NCBI RefSeq assembly: GCF_001194135.2
Contig: NC_068995.1
Location: forward strand, 57,867,822 to 57,931,821
Reading direction: 5' to 3'
Source: Octopus bimaculoides
Lineage: Eukaryota
DNA: 64,000 nt
This document shows positions 1 through 12,832 of this stretch, one piece after another. Position numbers and translations under genes: made by a program. Every line of letters begins with the position of its first letter. Position 1 is the stretch's first letter. The notes under the pieces are model-generated. The model did not search any database and was not told the origin of the DNA. It worked only from the letters and a program-made list of their open reading frames with translations.

Positions 1-99
1 CACGACATGTTGATCTACTGCCGTTCTTTGAGATGTTGACCTGTTATTATGAGGCCTGTCTTTGTATTGCCCCCCCCCCATCCATCGTCCTTGTAGAAA

Positions 100-740
100 A
101 TAAATGAGATCATCATCATTATTGTTGTTATTATTGTTTTACTTCTCAGAACCTTCGATCTTGTTTGTTCTGGTAGATTCTGTAAGAGCGGACAGCAGCC
201 ATCTGCTGTCAGAAGTCTCACAGGGTCTCTTTTTGCACATTATAAGCTCTGATACTTGGTTGTTAATTATTGTGGAAGACATTCAACATCCAAGTACCAA
301 TCTCAAAATCCTAGCTCTCTCCAACAGACCAGTTTTTGGGGCTTGCTCTGCTCTCATGCCAATTCCAATTTCTCTGACATATTTCTCGAACTTGGTCGTT
401 CGTGCTCCGAGTGCCCCTACAACTACTGGAATAACAGACACTCTTCTCATAATCCACATACTAGCAATTTCGTCTTTTAGTAGTCTATACTTTTCAATCT
501 TTTCTAGTTCATTGTCACTTATGCATGCATCCCCAAGTATTGCAATATCTATGATCTTAGTTTCCCTTTTCTCCTTAATCTACCACAACAATATCTAGTC
601 TCTGAGTCTCGATTGGGGAGTCATACTGGATTCTAAAATCTCACAGTATCTTATGTTTCTTCCCTGTTCTCGGTGATTCCTTTTCATTCATATTCGTGTC
701 ATTTCTGTGCTCTGTCCAGGTCCTACTTTCCACATAGCCT
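100..740 (-). mobile_element. R4/Dong-like non-LTR retrotransposon, 3' fragment (restriction-like endonuclease domain, 3' UTR, (TAA/CAA)n tail)
   Basis: Manual minus-strand translation gives ...RLDIVVVD / KIIDIAILGDACISDNELEKIEKYRLLKDEIASMWIMRRVSVIPVVVGALG...LERARILRLVLGC* (stop at 283-285), the RLE C-terminus of R2/R4-type LINEs, with stops and a frameshift. ORF 104..598(+) is its antisense shadow. Confidence 0.85.
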
Positions 741-770
741 CCTGTTATTAATATTGTTATTCAGTAGTCT

Positions 771-1513
771 TATTGTTATCTCGTGCTTTCACTGCATTAC
801 CGAGCGCAGCTCTGTGTGCCTTGGGTATGTGCTGTGATTTGTTGTGCTGCTTTTATTTTCACTGTATTCAAAATGCTTTACGTAAGATGTGTGCGGTGCC
901 TAGTGGTGCTATTTTCTGTATGTTATATATACTTTTAAGTCTTGGTGTCTTTGTTAGGTATTTGTCTGAATGTTTTTATCTTTTATTTTCATCATACCTA
1001 ATGCACCTACTATGATAGGAATTGTTTCTGCTTTTAGACTCCACATTGAAGTTACCTCTATTTCCAGATCTTGGTTTTGAAAGTTTCTCCGTTTCTTCTA
1101 AAGAAACATTGTCATCTGTTGGTATTGATACATCGATTAGAAGGCATCCGTTTTCTTGATGATCTCTGACAACTATATCCGGCCTATTGGCCTTAATTTC
1201 TCTATCTGTGTGTATTGGTACATCTCATAGTATGGTTGTTTTCTCGTTTTCTGTGACCTTTTCTAGCGTGTGCCTATACCAACTTTATCCTGTTGTTATT
1301 CCATAGTGTTTACACAGCTCCCAGTGTATAGAGATCCCAACTCTGTCGTGTCTGTGAATATATTCCCTCTTAGCAAGGACTGGGCAGCCAGAGACAATAT
1401 GGTTTATTGTTTCATGTCCATCTCCACATATTCTGCCGTTACTTGTTATGTTTATTCTCATTATATGTTTTTGGTAATTTCTGGTGGGAAGGCTTTGATC
1501 TTGTGCTGCGATT
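771..1513 (-). mobile_element. R4/Dong-like LINE 3' fragment (CCHC zinc knuckle, RLE, 3' UTR), second subfamily
   Basis: Minus translation: AAQDQSLPTRNYQKHIM..ICGDGHETINHIVSGCPVLAKREYIHRHDRVGISIHWELC..NRPDIVVRD..LIDVSIPTDDNV..IPIIVGALG..TAHILRKA, with internal stops and frameshifts. Confidence 0.9.
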
Positions 1514-1833
1514 AAAGATTTTCACGACGAATTTAAACTGACAACTCCATACGAATATTCATTCGTCTAGTGAGTGAGGACGTGCAAGATATGTGTGGGT
1601 TGCTTAGCGTTTCCCCCGCTCGGGAAATTCGTTACAATATTTTGTTGTTATATATTTTTATTGTTTGCATGGCTCTATGTAAACCTCTCATGTCTTTTGT
1701 ATTGTCCTAAGTGATTTAAGCGGATTTTGTGGTCAGTAAAGATGGCGAACTGGCAGCATTTTGCATGTCTTTACGTTGTTAGTTCAAATTAGGGTACCAG
1801 TTGCAGTCGAGTACTGATGTTGATGTAATGTTG

Positions 1834-1880
<47 letters not shown>

Positions 1881-2499
1881 CTCAACTAAACCCTCCTCGC
1901 CGCTGTTTTATAATTTATACTTGCAACGTGTCCCCACCCGTCATCCTCGAAGCAATAAAATAAATCCTTGTTGCTGTTGTTGATTATGTTGTTGTTGTTG
2001 TTATTATTATTTGATGGCGGTGAATATAGTAAATTAACCTCACTGAAGTGAAGGAGGACATATATGGACAGTTGATTTATAGACTATGTTTAAATATAAT
2101 AATAATAATAATAATGATAATAAAAATGAAAATTATAATAATGAAAAAACGGAGAGAAAAATCAAGGATAAGTTTCAGTTCCACCGTTACTTACCGTTAT
2201 TTTCTTTGATGTTATAGACGTAGTTCGCTTTTTAATAGGTGTATATAATATAAATGGGAGGTCAGTGAATAAATAAAAAAAAACGAACCACAGACACGCA
2301 TAGACGCAATCACACGCTCACGCATACACCTATACACACACATTACACATATATGCATATATATGCGTATACGCATACATATATTATATATATGTATATA
2401 TATATGTGTGTATATGTACGCATAGATATAGACATGTTATAATGTTATGAGCTCTGACTACTTGTGAATAATCATAAAAACTCGTTCCATATTTGTAAC

Positions 2500-2538
<39 letters not shown>

Positions 2539-2602
2539 CGTGTGTGACTGTGCTCGCACGACTGTGTATACATATGTGCACACGTGTGTATGTATGTATG
2601 TA

Positions 2603-2638
<36 letters not shown>

Positions 2639-3544
2639 GATATATATATATACCTGTATGTCTACACACACAAACACACATATATATGTAAGGAATTGTG
2701 TATCCATATGTTTAGTACACTTATAGTTCGTCTTGTGAAATTCGACGCCGTCGTTTAACTGCAGGGCTTTCGGTAGTTTGGATTGGGTATCGAACTGACT
2801 ACATTCGTCTTCCATTAATGACTCATCATAGATCACTTAATTCTGCTTTACCATTTGTATTCCCACTCACACACACACACGCACGCACGCACGAACGCAC
2901 ACACACAAGACATAGTGAGCACAGCGAGTATAGTCGATAGAATGCCAAAAATACTAAAACCAGGAGTTGAGAAATTCCCATTTCTGTGTTCAATACTAGA
3001 CGCAGCTAATAGCACTTTACACAGAAGTAACGTTACGAAAGTTTATGTAAATTTCCATTTCTAGTTTCCAGTCTCCAAAAGAGAAGATCAATCACGATTC
3101 AGTAAATGACTACAGATGTCGCTCTCAACCTGCTGTGTGTAGCGACCAAAGCTCTTTTAAATCCTACTTTATCGAATTAAATAGGGCCACATAGCATAGA
3201 TAATGTTATCTTATGTAGCTCTTAAAACAGATGATGGTGTTCGATCATCGTTCTGCTGGATCAGGGTTGATGTAGAACTCAACAACAATTGAGACAACAA
3301 TAACTCCGACCGTAAGCCAACGACGGAGCTTCGACGGAGTCTCTCGCTGCTATAAACAACCGTCAAATTTCATCCGTATCAAATCCTATTGCCCTAAAAG
3401 AAGAGGAAGAACACATTGGATTTTGTAGTTCTAGGTACATTCGGCCAGAAAAGAAAATATGGGATGGCAGTGTCTGGAACAACTTCGATGATAAACCTGC
3501 CATACCTCGGCTAAATTTGGGTCCAATGACAGCAACAATAGTGA

Positions 3545-3740
3545 CTATTTCAAGTTTTAAGAGAAGGGGTATAGTTATATCGACCCCAGTATTTGGCTCG
3601 CTTTTATCTTATCAATCATTTAAAGAATAAAGATCGAAGTTTAAATCGACTGGGTTTGAACTGAAAACCTACAGAACCAGAAGAAATACCATTATGAATT
3701 TTTTCCCGACGTATAAACGATTCTACCAATCCGCCAACTT
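3545..3740 (-). mobile_element. Degenerate SINE, family A
   Basis: Retains atcgaccccagt, tttgaactg and cgattctaccaatccgcc segments matching the better copies at 6222-6663. Confidence 0.5.
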
Positions 3741-4463
3741 AGAAATGGCAGAAATAGAAGTAAAAGTCGTTCCGTCTATCAGTTGGGAACAGACTGCTTC
3801 GTTTATAACGTGTTTCACAATATTGTAAAGCTGGATTAACGAGTGTAAAGCTGGATTAACGAATGTAAAGCGTTTACAGACATGTAAGGTCTGTCTGACA
3901 TACTGACATGTGACAGGCACTCTACTGCACACATGTTATACATTGGTGTACGGCAACCATCTCCTACAAACAATTTTGAACGAATACATACATGTATATC
4001 AGATACAGCATAATGTAGGAAAAGAGACAGAGAGGAAAGTATCGATAGAGAGGAAACTGATCGAAAATAAAATGTGACGAGATATTCGTAAAAACTTAGT
4101 TGCAAGATGAATTGATGGAAAACATTAAATAGAAGGAAGGATCTGCTCACAGAAACGTATTTGTTACATGTCGTAAAAAATGGCAGAAAAGCATGGAAAT
4201 ATGTAGAAACTTAATGCCGACTAATTCTTAACCATCAAGTTTTAAATGATAGGAACAATTTTTTAATTGAAATATTTTCATTTTATTTTCAGTCTATGTA
4301 TGCGTTTTAATACGTAAATGTATACATGGTGCTTTATAATGATGGGATACATTTTAAATGCATGTAACTAGGGACGGATCAAGCAGGAGCAAATACGCAC
4401 AATTTTTTAAATTGCAAATACAAAATGTGCCATCATTATGAGACACCATGTATCTTATCTATA

Positions 4464-4495
<32 letters not shown>

Positions 4496-5290
4496 TGTGT
4501 GTGTGAGTGTGTGTGTGTGTGTGTGTGTTTCTAAGCACTCAGTAANNNNNNNNNNNNNNNNNNNNNNNNNNNNNNNNNNNNNNNNNNNNNNNNNNCGTGC
4601 GTGCGTGTGTGCGTGTGCGTGTGTGTGTGTTTTTTTTTTTTAATTCATACATTTACACAATTCCAGATTTCTTGGATGCCCCAGCAGCTGATGGCTATAG
4701 TGGCAGTGCCGGGTGGCCTGTTGACTTCAGGATCTATTGAAGATAGTCATACCTTAAATGAGATCGAATGCAAACATGTACTGCCCATCCTTAACATCTG
4801 CTGAATGAATGGCAAAATTAGTCCAACATCACCACACACACACCTCCATCCCTATATAACTACCATGCCTTCCTCTCTTTCCCTCACCTTCCCATCTACC
4901 CCCACCAAATACACACAGAAATACCCACATAACTCACTCACCCTTCATTCTGGTCAAAAGGGATAAGCATCCCTCTGTTGTACATCCATTAATGTTATAT
5001 CGACAGAAGAAATGAATCCATGAAGACGATCAACCCACGGATACTACGGACTACACTGTAATCATCCAAGAAATACGGACTGTGATCTCAAGAAACATGT
5101 GATTTGTGGAAACGCGCGTAGCGATGCATTGAATACTTATAGATTCCATCCAAAGATTATAGTTATTATATTTATCCTACATTATATCGGTACAACTCGA
5201 TGCAACCCCACAAAAAATGGTTCATTAGACTGTGGCCGGCAAAATGGAATAGGAGCTTCATTTGAATATTCAAAACATTTCACGTAAGTA

Positions 5291-5333
<43 letters not shown>

Positions 5334-5373
5334 GATAGATAGAGAGAGAGATTATGAGATATANNNNNNNNNN

Positions 5374-5422
<49 letters not shown>

Positions 5423-6221
5423 GAGGGAGAGATAGCAGCTGAAATGATAGACTAAGAAAGAGGGAGAGGAGGTGTAGAAGAGAACGGAAGCTAGTGAGCG
5501 AAGAGTTCTTCAGCCTGAAGACCCAGCAGACGATTCTCCACCAGTCATAATTGATTTCCTATTTTACAGATGAAGATGATGAGATGATGGCGAGTCAGAG
5601 TTCACGCCACCACGTAAAAGCAGCTCTTCTCTTGGGAAATTTCTTCACCCTCAAACAACTGATACCGGTTTTTGTTACAAAAATTCTTTACACGACCCTC
5701 ACCGGTGAACTTTATAGAATGACATTGTCCAACCAAATCTATCAACAGATAACAAATCTAGTAGAAAGCTTTTAGATAGACAATTTCTCCGGAAATGTAA
5801 TTAGGAAACTTTTGGCAAAAGCGAAAATATTGTGTTTGTTTTAAATGTTTTGATTTTATGTTCTTCTGCTACACAGGAAGATTTCGTTAAATTTCTCGGT
5901 CTTGTCATCAGAGGAGAAATTATCTTTGTTTTTGCTGTTGAATTGGCGTGTATACTGCTTATAGTAAATACACACACACACACACACACACCTAAACACG
6001 CAAACACACAAATACTCAAACACGGAAACACATATACAAATATATGTTATGTATACCTTTGTATGCATATGTAAACAATAGTTGCTGCCTGGCAGAATAG
6101 TTGCAGCTATTATTAACACAAACACTGTTAAAATCATTCAATTAATTAATTTTTTTTCTAATCATTACAAAACAAGTAGCAACACCAATGACAGCAGACG
6201 ACGACGATGACGATGACAACC

Positions 6222-6433
6222 CTTTCTACTCTGGGCACAAGGCCTGAAATTTGGGGGAGAGGAGACTAGTCGATTAGATCGACCCCTGTGTTTCACTGGT
6301 ACTTAATTTATCGACCCCGAAAGGATGAAAGAAAGTCGACCTCGGCGGAATTTGAACTCAGAACGTAGCGGCAGACGAAACACCGCTCAGCATTTCACCC
6401 GGCGTCCTAACCATTCTGCCAACTCGCCGCCTT
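6222..6433 (-). mobile_element. tRNA-headed SINE, family A
   Basis: Reverse complement reads aaggcggcgagttggcagaatggttagg...ctgagttcaaattccgccgaggtcgac...tcgataaattaagtaccag, with A/B-box-like motifs. Homologous to 6463, 10991, 13676 and 13901. Confidence 0.85.
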
Positions 6434-6462
6434 TGTAATAATAATAATGATAATAATAATAA

Positions 6463-6663
6463 TTCTTTCTACTATAGGCACAAGGTCTGAAATTTTGCAA
6501 GAGGGAACTAATCGATTACATCAACTCCACTACGCAACTGGTACTTAATTTATCGACCCCGACAGGATGAAAAGGAGGAATTTGAACTCAGAGTAAAAAG
6601 ACGGACAAAATGCCGCTAAATATCATGCTCGGCGTTCAGACGATTCTGCCAGCTCGCTGCCTT
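6463..6663 (-). mobile_element. tRNA-headed SINE, family A (tandem with the previous copy, joined by a (TAA)n tract)
   Basis: Shares ggtacttaatttatcgaccccga, ggaatttgaactcaga and gattctgccagctcgctgcctt with the neighbouring copy. Confidence 0.8.
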
Positions 6664-6679
6664 AATAACAACGACAATA

Positions 6680-6800
6680 AGAAATGGTTTCAGATTTTAC
6701 TTGGTCAGGTGTCGAAGTGATTGCAGAGCAGCGCGAGATGAAGTGCTTTATTCAAGAGCACAACGCACCACTCGGTCTTGGCATTGAAACACCAACGAAA
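6680..6800 (-). mobile_element. Partial SINE, family C
   Basis: Reverse complement gaccgagtggtgcgttgtgctcttgaataaagcacttcatc resembles the gtgttcttgagcaaaacac segment at 53850-53875. Confidence 0.45.
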
Positions 6801-7289
6801 TGGCGCAGTATTGTTTGCCCCTCGCTATGTACTCGGCGTCATCTCTGATGCACCTNNNNNNNNNNNNNNNNNNNNNNNNNNNNNNNNNNNNNNNNNNNNN
6901 NNNNNNNNNNNNNNNNNNNNNNNNNNNNNNNNNNNNNNNNNNNNNNNNNNNNNNNNNNNNNNNNNNNNNNNNNNNNNNNNNNNNNNNNNNNNNNNNNNNN
7001 NNNNNNNNNNNNNNNNNNNNNNNNNNNNNNNNNNNNNNNNNNNNNNNNNNNNNNNNNNNNNNNNNNNNNNNNNNNNNNNNNNNNNNNNNNNNNNNNNNNN
7101 NNNNNNNNNNNNNNNNNNNNGGATTCTGTTGCAGTTGTGACTTTTGGTATTGTTTGAAAGCCAAAGGTAAATGTCAACATAACCTGAAGAAACCATGGTG
7201 GAAAAAAAAAAGAAAAAAAGAAAAGAACAACGCAGGCTATTAACGAGATCAGAAAACCTATTTTCTGGAACGGAAAAGCCTGTGCTTAT

Positions 7290-7530
7290 TAATATTTGGT
7301 CTTTCATGATCCCCGAATACTGGCGAGAGCAGGGATTGACTCGGTTTCCCTGGTATAGAAATGAATGAGACGACGACACAGCTCCCCCCCCCCTGAACGA
7401 GACGCAGGCCCGTCGCAGGGTTAATTTCCCAACTATTGTCAAAATTCAACTGTAGCTGAGTGAACTGGAGCAGTGGGAAATGGAATGTTCTGCTCAAGAA
7501 GAGAACGCGCTTCACAGGTCAGGAACCAAA
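7290..7530 (-). mobile_element. SINE, family C (head truncated)
   Basis: Reverse complement contains cttgagcagaacatt..ctccagttcactcagct..ccctgcgacgggcctgcgtctcgttcagggg..gaaaccg, homologous to 21666-21973 and 53728-53947. Confidence 0.6.
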
Positions 7531-9439
7531 ACCATGACCGTACTCTGTACTCTACTGCTGTACTCTACTGCTGTACTCATTAAATTCATCTTTTAAGAAA
7601 TTTCTGGCCTTTCTGTTCCAATGTAATTCATTGTTTTTGTTGTTATTGTTTCCTCTACTGATGTTGGTTTTGCTGTTGTTGTTGTTATTGGTGGTGGTGG
7701 TGGTGGTGGAGATGGTGTTGGCGGTGTTTGTAGGAATGGCGTTGATAGTCGTCGAAATGTGGAAGAGGAGGAGGTGGAGGGGTTGGGACGTAATTCATCT
7801 TGGGAGAAGGAATGGAAAGGATGGAGAGAAATGAGAAGAGATGGAGGGAGAGGAAGAGGTGAAATAGGAGAGAGAAGGAGAAAGAGAGGAAGCGAAAGAA
7901 CGAGAGAGACAAAGAGAAGAGGGAAAGAGAAAGAAACGAAGGAAGAGAGACATGGAAGAAGAAAATGAGCGATGGAGAGAAAGAGAGAGAGAAAAGGAAA
8001 AGAGAAAGTGAAATGGGGAGGGAGAGAAAGAGTAGGAGAAGACAAAGAAACGAAGGAGGAGAGACAGGGACAGAGGGAGGGAGGGAGGGAGGGAGAGAGA
8101 GAGAAACTGAGGCTAAGAGAAAGAGTGAGTTAGGAGAATGAGAGAGAAAGAGATGAATGAAAGNNNNNNNNNNNNNNNNNNNNNNNNNNNNNNNNNNNNN
8201 NNNNNNNNNNNNNNNNNNNNNNNNNNNNNNNNNNNNNNNNNNNNNNNNNNNNNNNNNNNNNNNNNNNNNNNNNNNNNNNNNNNNNNNNNNNNNNNNNNNN
8301 NNNNNNNNNNNNNNNNNNNNNNNNNNNNNNNNNNNNNNNNNNNNNNNNNNNNNNNNNNNNNNNNGAGAGAGAGAGAGAGAGAGAGGGGGAGAGAGAGGAA
8401 GAAAGAATTAACGCAACATTTCCTTCTATCTATTTTTCTTTCTTGTTTTTTTTTTCTGCTTCCGCCGCCGCCGCCGACTAATAAACTGTTTCTTTCTGAT
8501 TATTTCACTTTAAGGGGTCAAGGTCAATGTTAAGGGTCTACTGTGAAGAAGACGGTTAAAAATGGGAGCCAGCAGGTGATTTTTAATGGGTTCTTTCTTT
8601 GTGTGTTGGGTCCTTCAGCTCTGTGACTGTCTGTCTCTATACGTGATGGATACGTGTGTTTATGTACATATATGTGTATGCATGTGTGTGTATATATATG
8701 TATGTGTGTATATATGTATGCTTGTATGTATATGTGTATGTATGTGTGTGTGTATGAATGTGCTTGCATACACACACACACATTCTTGTGTGAGTGTGTG
8801 TGTAGTTGTGTACTTGTCTGTTATGTTGCTTGTGTGTTTAGCCCATGGACTGAGAGTAAGCCGGATGGTAAGAGTGGTGGTGTAAGTGGGTAGCGGTGGT
8901 AGTGGCGAAAGGTGTTTATGTAACCTTGGAGAAAGGGACATGCTGCCAGCACTCAGGGACAATAGTTTTGGCGTTATGAACAAAGATAGTGGGGACGGTT
9001 GGGGTGGCGGCGCCAATGGTGCCGTTGCTGTCAGCTTTTTTTCTTTTTTGTGCCAGTCGTCGTAATCTTTGGTTGTGTTGTATTTTGTTGATGGTGTTTG
9101 TGTTTAGAGTACAGTTGTTGCTAATGGTCTTGCGGGTGTTTAAAGTACGGTTGTTGTTGTTCGTTATTGTCGGTAGTGATCTTTAGATTATAGTTGCTGT
9201 TGTTGTTGTTTGCGGTGGAGCTTAAAGTTCGGTTGTTGCTGGTGTTGCTTAGAGTACAATTGTAGTTGACGAGGGTGTTTGGAGTACAGTAGTTGGTGAT
9301 GTTTAGTTATTATTGCTATTGGTGGTGTTGGTGTTTAGAGTACATTTAGAGTACAGTTGTTGTTGTTGTTGCTACTGCTTGAAGCATAGCTGTTGGTGTT
9401 GTTGCTAGTGCAGGTGATACAGTTAACTTTGTTGTTGCT

Positions 9440-10390
9440 GTTGTTTAACCCTGAGTCGGCCCTGATCTCGTAGACGGTTCAAAGACTTGAACATCTTTTG
9501 TGAACCAGGAACTGCTCTGTCCTATGCGTACTTCTTGTTTTAAGACAATAAGTTGTAATTCGAAAGAGATTTGGCTTCTCTTTCTAACAGAGAGAGAGAG
9601 CAACAACACGAGCAGGTTCATTACATATTGATGTTGTTGTTATTGTTATGTTGCCGCAGGTCAGTAACGATCGAACAGACTTATCTTCAAAACTGTCCCA
9701 GCCAAATCCATCCACAGATTGCCTACATGTAAAGAACCCAAAAGCAAATTATCCAACGAACCGTGTTTTTGAGATGGTAAGGTGAAAGTGTTGTTTTTGT
9801 TGGTGGTGTTTAGAGCATATGGCATGTTCATGTCACAATAAGCACCGGCCTAGCGAAGACAATCCTGCCGGGTAGAGTGGAAAGTAGAGGAAAGGCAGGC
9901 CAAAAAAAAGATGCGTTTCTAACATCAAAAAGTTGACAAACTTCAATTTCGCCGACTCACAGAGGGTGGCAGAAGACCAAAAGATGTGATCAAATCTAGT
10001 TGTGACGTCATCTGCGAATGCCCCAACGACCACGTGGTCAGCAGAATCGGATAGGATAAGAAGGTGAGATTTGGCCGCTATTTCTAACAGGTCGAGAGAC
10101 CATGTAGAAGCTCACTCGTTAGTCTTGGCATCTTAATGGAGTTGGTAGTTGTGGCAATGATGATGATGTTGCTGTCGGTCGTACTTTTCCTGTTGTTGTC
10201 TCACCCTGGTCAGTCCGAATGAGTGAATCCATCATCGAATGCCTTCCAGTCGACCGTCTCCTCAGTTATTTCTGTACAATACACCACCCAGATCTTACTA
10301 CATCATTCAATGTAACCCTCTTCTCTGAAGCGGTAGATTGTTTCACACTTGATTGCTGTTTCTAGCAGTTAAGACAGCCCGTAGATGATG
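9440..10390 (+). repeat. Cluster of degenerate copies of an unclassified interspersed repeat (family E)
   Basis: Recurring ccctg(a/g)gtc(g/a)g..ctgatc heads (9448, 9655, 10205) and gagatttggc..ct.tttcta(a/g)cag tails (9567, 10065, 10355). An inverted copy lies at about 3100-3290. Confidence 0.45.
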
Positions 10391-10479
10391 TTCAGTCGTT
10401 AGCACATGTTAATTAGACACATGTTAATTAGACACAGCTGTGAGATTTCTTATTTGATGAAATCTCACAGCTTCCTTTT

Positions 10480-10913
10480 CCTGGGTACGATGGAAAATGT
10501 CAGCTGTCCACAAGCTTGCAGACTAAGGTGATATTTGTTTACTGGTCATGGTTCAAGAGCCCTGCAAATAATTCTTGCAATTCCAAGCAATGTTGTTTTT
10601 TGTAGGTGTTCTACCTTCACACTTGCGCCAATCTTTTTTAGCCATGTTGGTAGTTGAGTGCTGATACTTCCAAGTGTTCCTACTGCTACTGGTATCACGT
10701 CTACTCTCCTCATTGACCACAACTTTCGACATGCTATGTCGATTTTCATACAAGTTCCTTCTTTTTTATTCACTACAACAATGTCCGGTTTCCAATGTCC
10801 GGTCAGGTGATCGCACTGAATTATTGCATCCCAAAGGATTTTGCAATCATCATTCTCGGTGACTCCTGGGGTTTTCTCATACCACATCTTTGTTCTTTGT
10901 AGGCCGTAATTTC
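10480..10913 (-). mobile_element. R4/Dong-like LINE 3' fragment (RLE domain, internally deleted)
   Basis: ORF 10546..10965(-): WYEKTPGVTENDDCKILWDAIIQCDHLTGHWKPDIVVVNKKEGTCMKIDIAC/RKLWSMRRVDVIPVAVGTLG..LQKTTLLGIARII. The poly-Ile N-terminus is a (TAA)n array. Confidence 0.85.
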
Positions 10914-10915
10914 CA

Positions 10916-10962
<47 letters not shown>

Positions 10963-10990
10963 CATTATTATTATTATTATTATTATTATT

Positions 10991-11203
10991 AAGGTGGCGA
11001 GCTGGCAGACTCGTCAGCATGCCGGGTAAACTGCTTCCTGCTATTTCGTCTGTCTTTACGTTCTGAATTCAAATTCCGCCGAGGTCGACTTTGTCTTTCA
11101 TCCTTTCGGGTACGATAAATTAAGTACCAGTTGAAAACTGAGTGGAAGTGATCGACTCATCCCCTCCCCCAAAATGGCTGCCCATGTGGCAAAATTTGAA
11201 ACC
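10991..11203 (+). mobile_element. tRNA-headed SINE, family A
   Basis: aaggtggcgagctggcagactcgtcagc..ttcaaattccgccgaggtcgactttg..gataaattaagtaccag, with (ATT)n on both sides. Confidence 0.85.
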
Positions 11204-11267
11204 ATTATTATTATTATCATTATTATTATTATTATTATTATTATTGTTCAGTAGTTTTATTTTTATA

Positions 11268-11390
11268 ACGTGCTTTCACTTCATTACCGAGCGCAGCTCT
11301 GTGCGCCTTGGGTATGTGCTGTGGTTTGCTGTGATGTTCTTATGGTTACTTGTATTGAAAGTGTTTTGCGTAGGATGTGTGCAGTGTAAA
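11268..11390 (-). mobile_element. Extreme 3' end of the R4/Dong-like LINE (5'-truncated copy)
   Basis: tgctttcact.cattaccgagcgcagctctgtg.gccttgggtatgtgctgtg is nearly identical to 783-838; the minus strand encodes TAHILRKTLSIQ. Confidence 0.8.
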
Positions 11391-11609
11391 AGCAATAAGT
11401 GGTGGTATTGATGTTAATATTAATGATGATACTGGTGGTGATGGTGATTGTGGTGGCGGCGTCGACGGCGGGGCTAAATGCGGTTGTCATGGTATTCCGC
11501 TGATATTCGTGTTGGGGCTGTTGGCTCTTGGTATTCCTACAAATATTGGTGCTCGTTGCAAGGGGCGCCGCATTAGTGTACGTGTGTACCCTATACATGT
11601 ATACGTGTA

Positions 11610-11666
<57 letters not shown>

Positions 11667-12832
11667 NNNNNNNNNNNNNNNNNNNNNNNNNNNNNNNNNN
11701 NNNNNNNNNNNNNNNNNNNNNNNNNNNNNNNNNNNNNNNNNNNNNNNNNNNNNNNNNNNNNNNNNNNNNNNNNNNNNNNNNNNNNNNNNNNNNNNNNNNN
11801 NNNNNNNNNNNNNNNNNNNNNNNNNNNNNNNNNNNNNNNNNNNNNNNNNNNNNNNNNNNNNNNNNNNNNNNNNNNNNNNNNNNNNNNNNNNNNNNNNNNN
11901 NNNNNNNNNNNNNNNNNNNNNNNNNNNNNNNNNNNNNNNNNNNNAATAAAGCTAGTGATAGGGGGGGGGGCAAAGAAATGCTGCAGTTTCGAGAATGGCG
12001 ACGATAGTTGAGGAGGTGAGATGGTGGTGGTGGTGGTAGAAACGATGTTATTCGTTTAGTTTGATGCAGAGATGGTACGGGACGAAGAGTTCTATCACTA
12101 GACGATTTAATGTGTGTGCGTGTGAGCGTGTTTAATATCTGGTGTCGTTGGGTGCGGCGGTGTTTTGGTGGTGGTGGTGGTGGTGTGTGCTAAATTTGGC
12201 CGTATATAAAGAGGCTAGAAAACGTTTTAATTGAAGCGACAGCTGTCTTAGTTGCCACACGTCGCCGTATTTCGTGTGGCTTCTACTCGGGCCATATTGT
12301 TGATGTCACACGACAAGACAATGCTTATTATGGGTTTTTCTGTGATGAAATCGTGATTTCGTAGTAAACCAGCGACGAGACCAAATAAACGAGAAGGAGG
12401 AGGAGGAGGAAGAGAAGGAGGAAGAGAAGAAGAAAGAGGAGGAGGACGGGTGGTGTACGGAGAGAAAGGAGGATGAAATGCATATAATATTGAAGCAATT
12501 CTTTTTTTTTAGTCTTTTTATTTCTTCGACGATTATCAAACAAGCCCGCCTCTCCCACCCCCCTACCCGCCTCACTAATTCCCGCCAACGATTACTACGA
12601 AACTGTGTTGCGTTCTTGTTTTACGCCCGACGTAAGCTGACCCGTTCTGACCTTGGCTGATAATGGAGTTCACAGACCGGATTGTTTGTTAGGTGATGGC
12701 CGAAGCGGCGGAGTCTAAGTGATGGGAAAGCGGTGGGTGAGTTGTCGTACTAATAGCTTCTCCTTACCGCAAACTACAACCACAACCACTGCACAAACAA
12801 CTACAGTCACGACTACAACCGTAACAATAACA

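Noticed and set aside
104-598. 164-aa plus-strand ORF
   Set aside because: It is the antisense shadow of the minus-strand RLE domain.
3824-3871. 20-bp tandem duplication; similar short duplications at 7545-7578, 10403-10436 and 59623-59690
   Set aside because: Ordinary slippage duplications with no further structure.
5500-5780. Strong acceptor (tttcctattttacag at about 5555-5569) and acidic peptide DEDDEMMASQ
   Set aside because: No recognisable homology and no convincing donor. It reads equally well as a frameshifted transposon relic.
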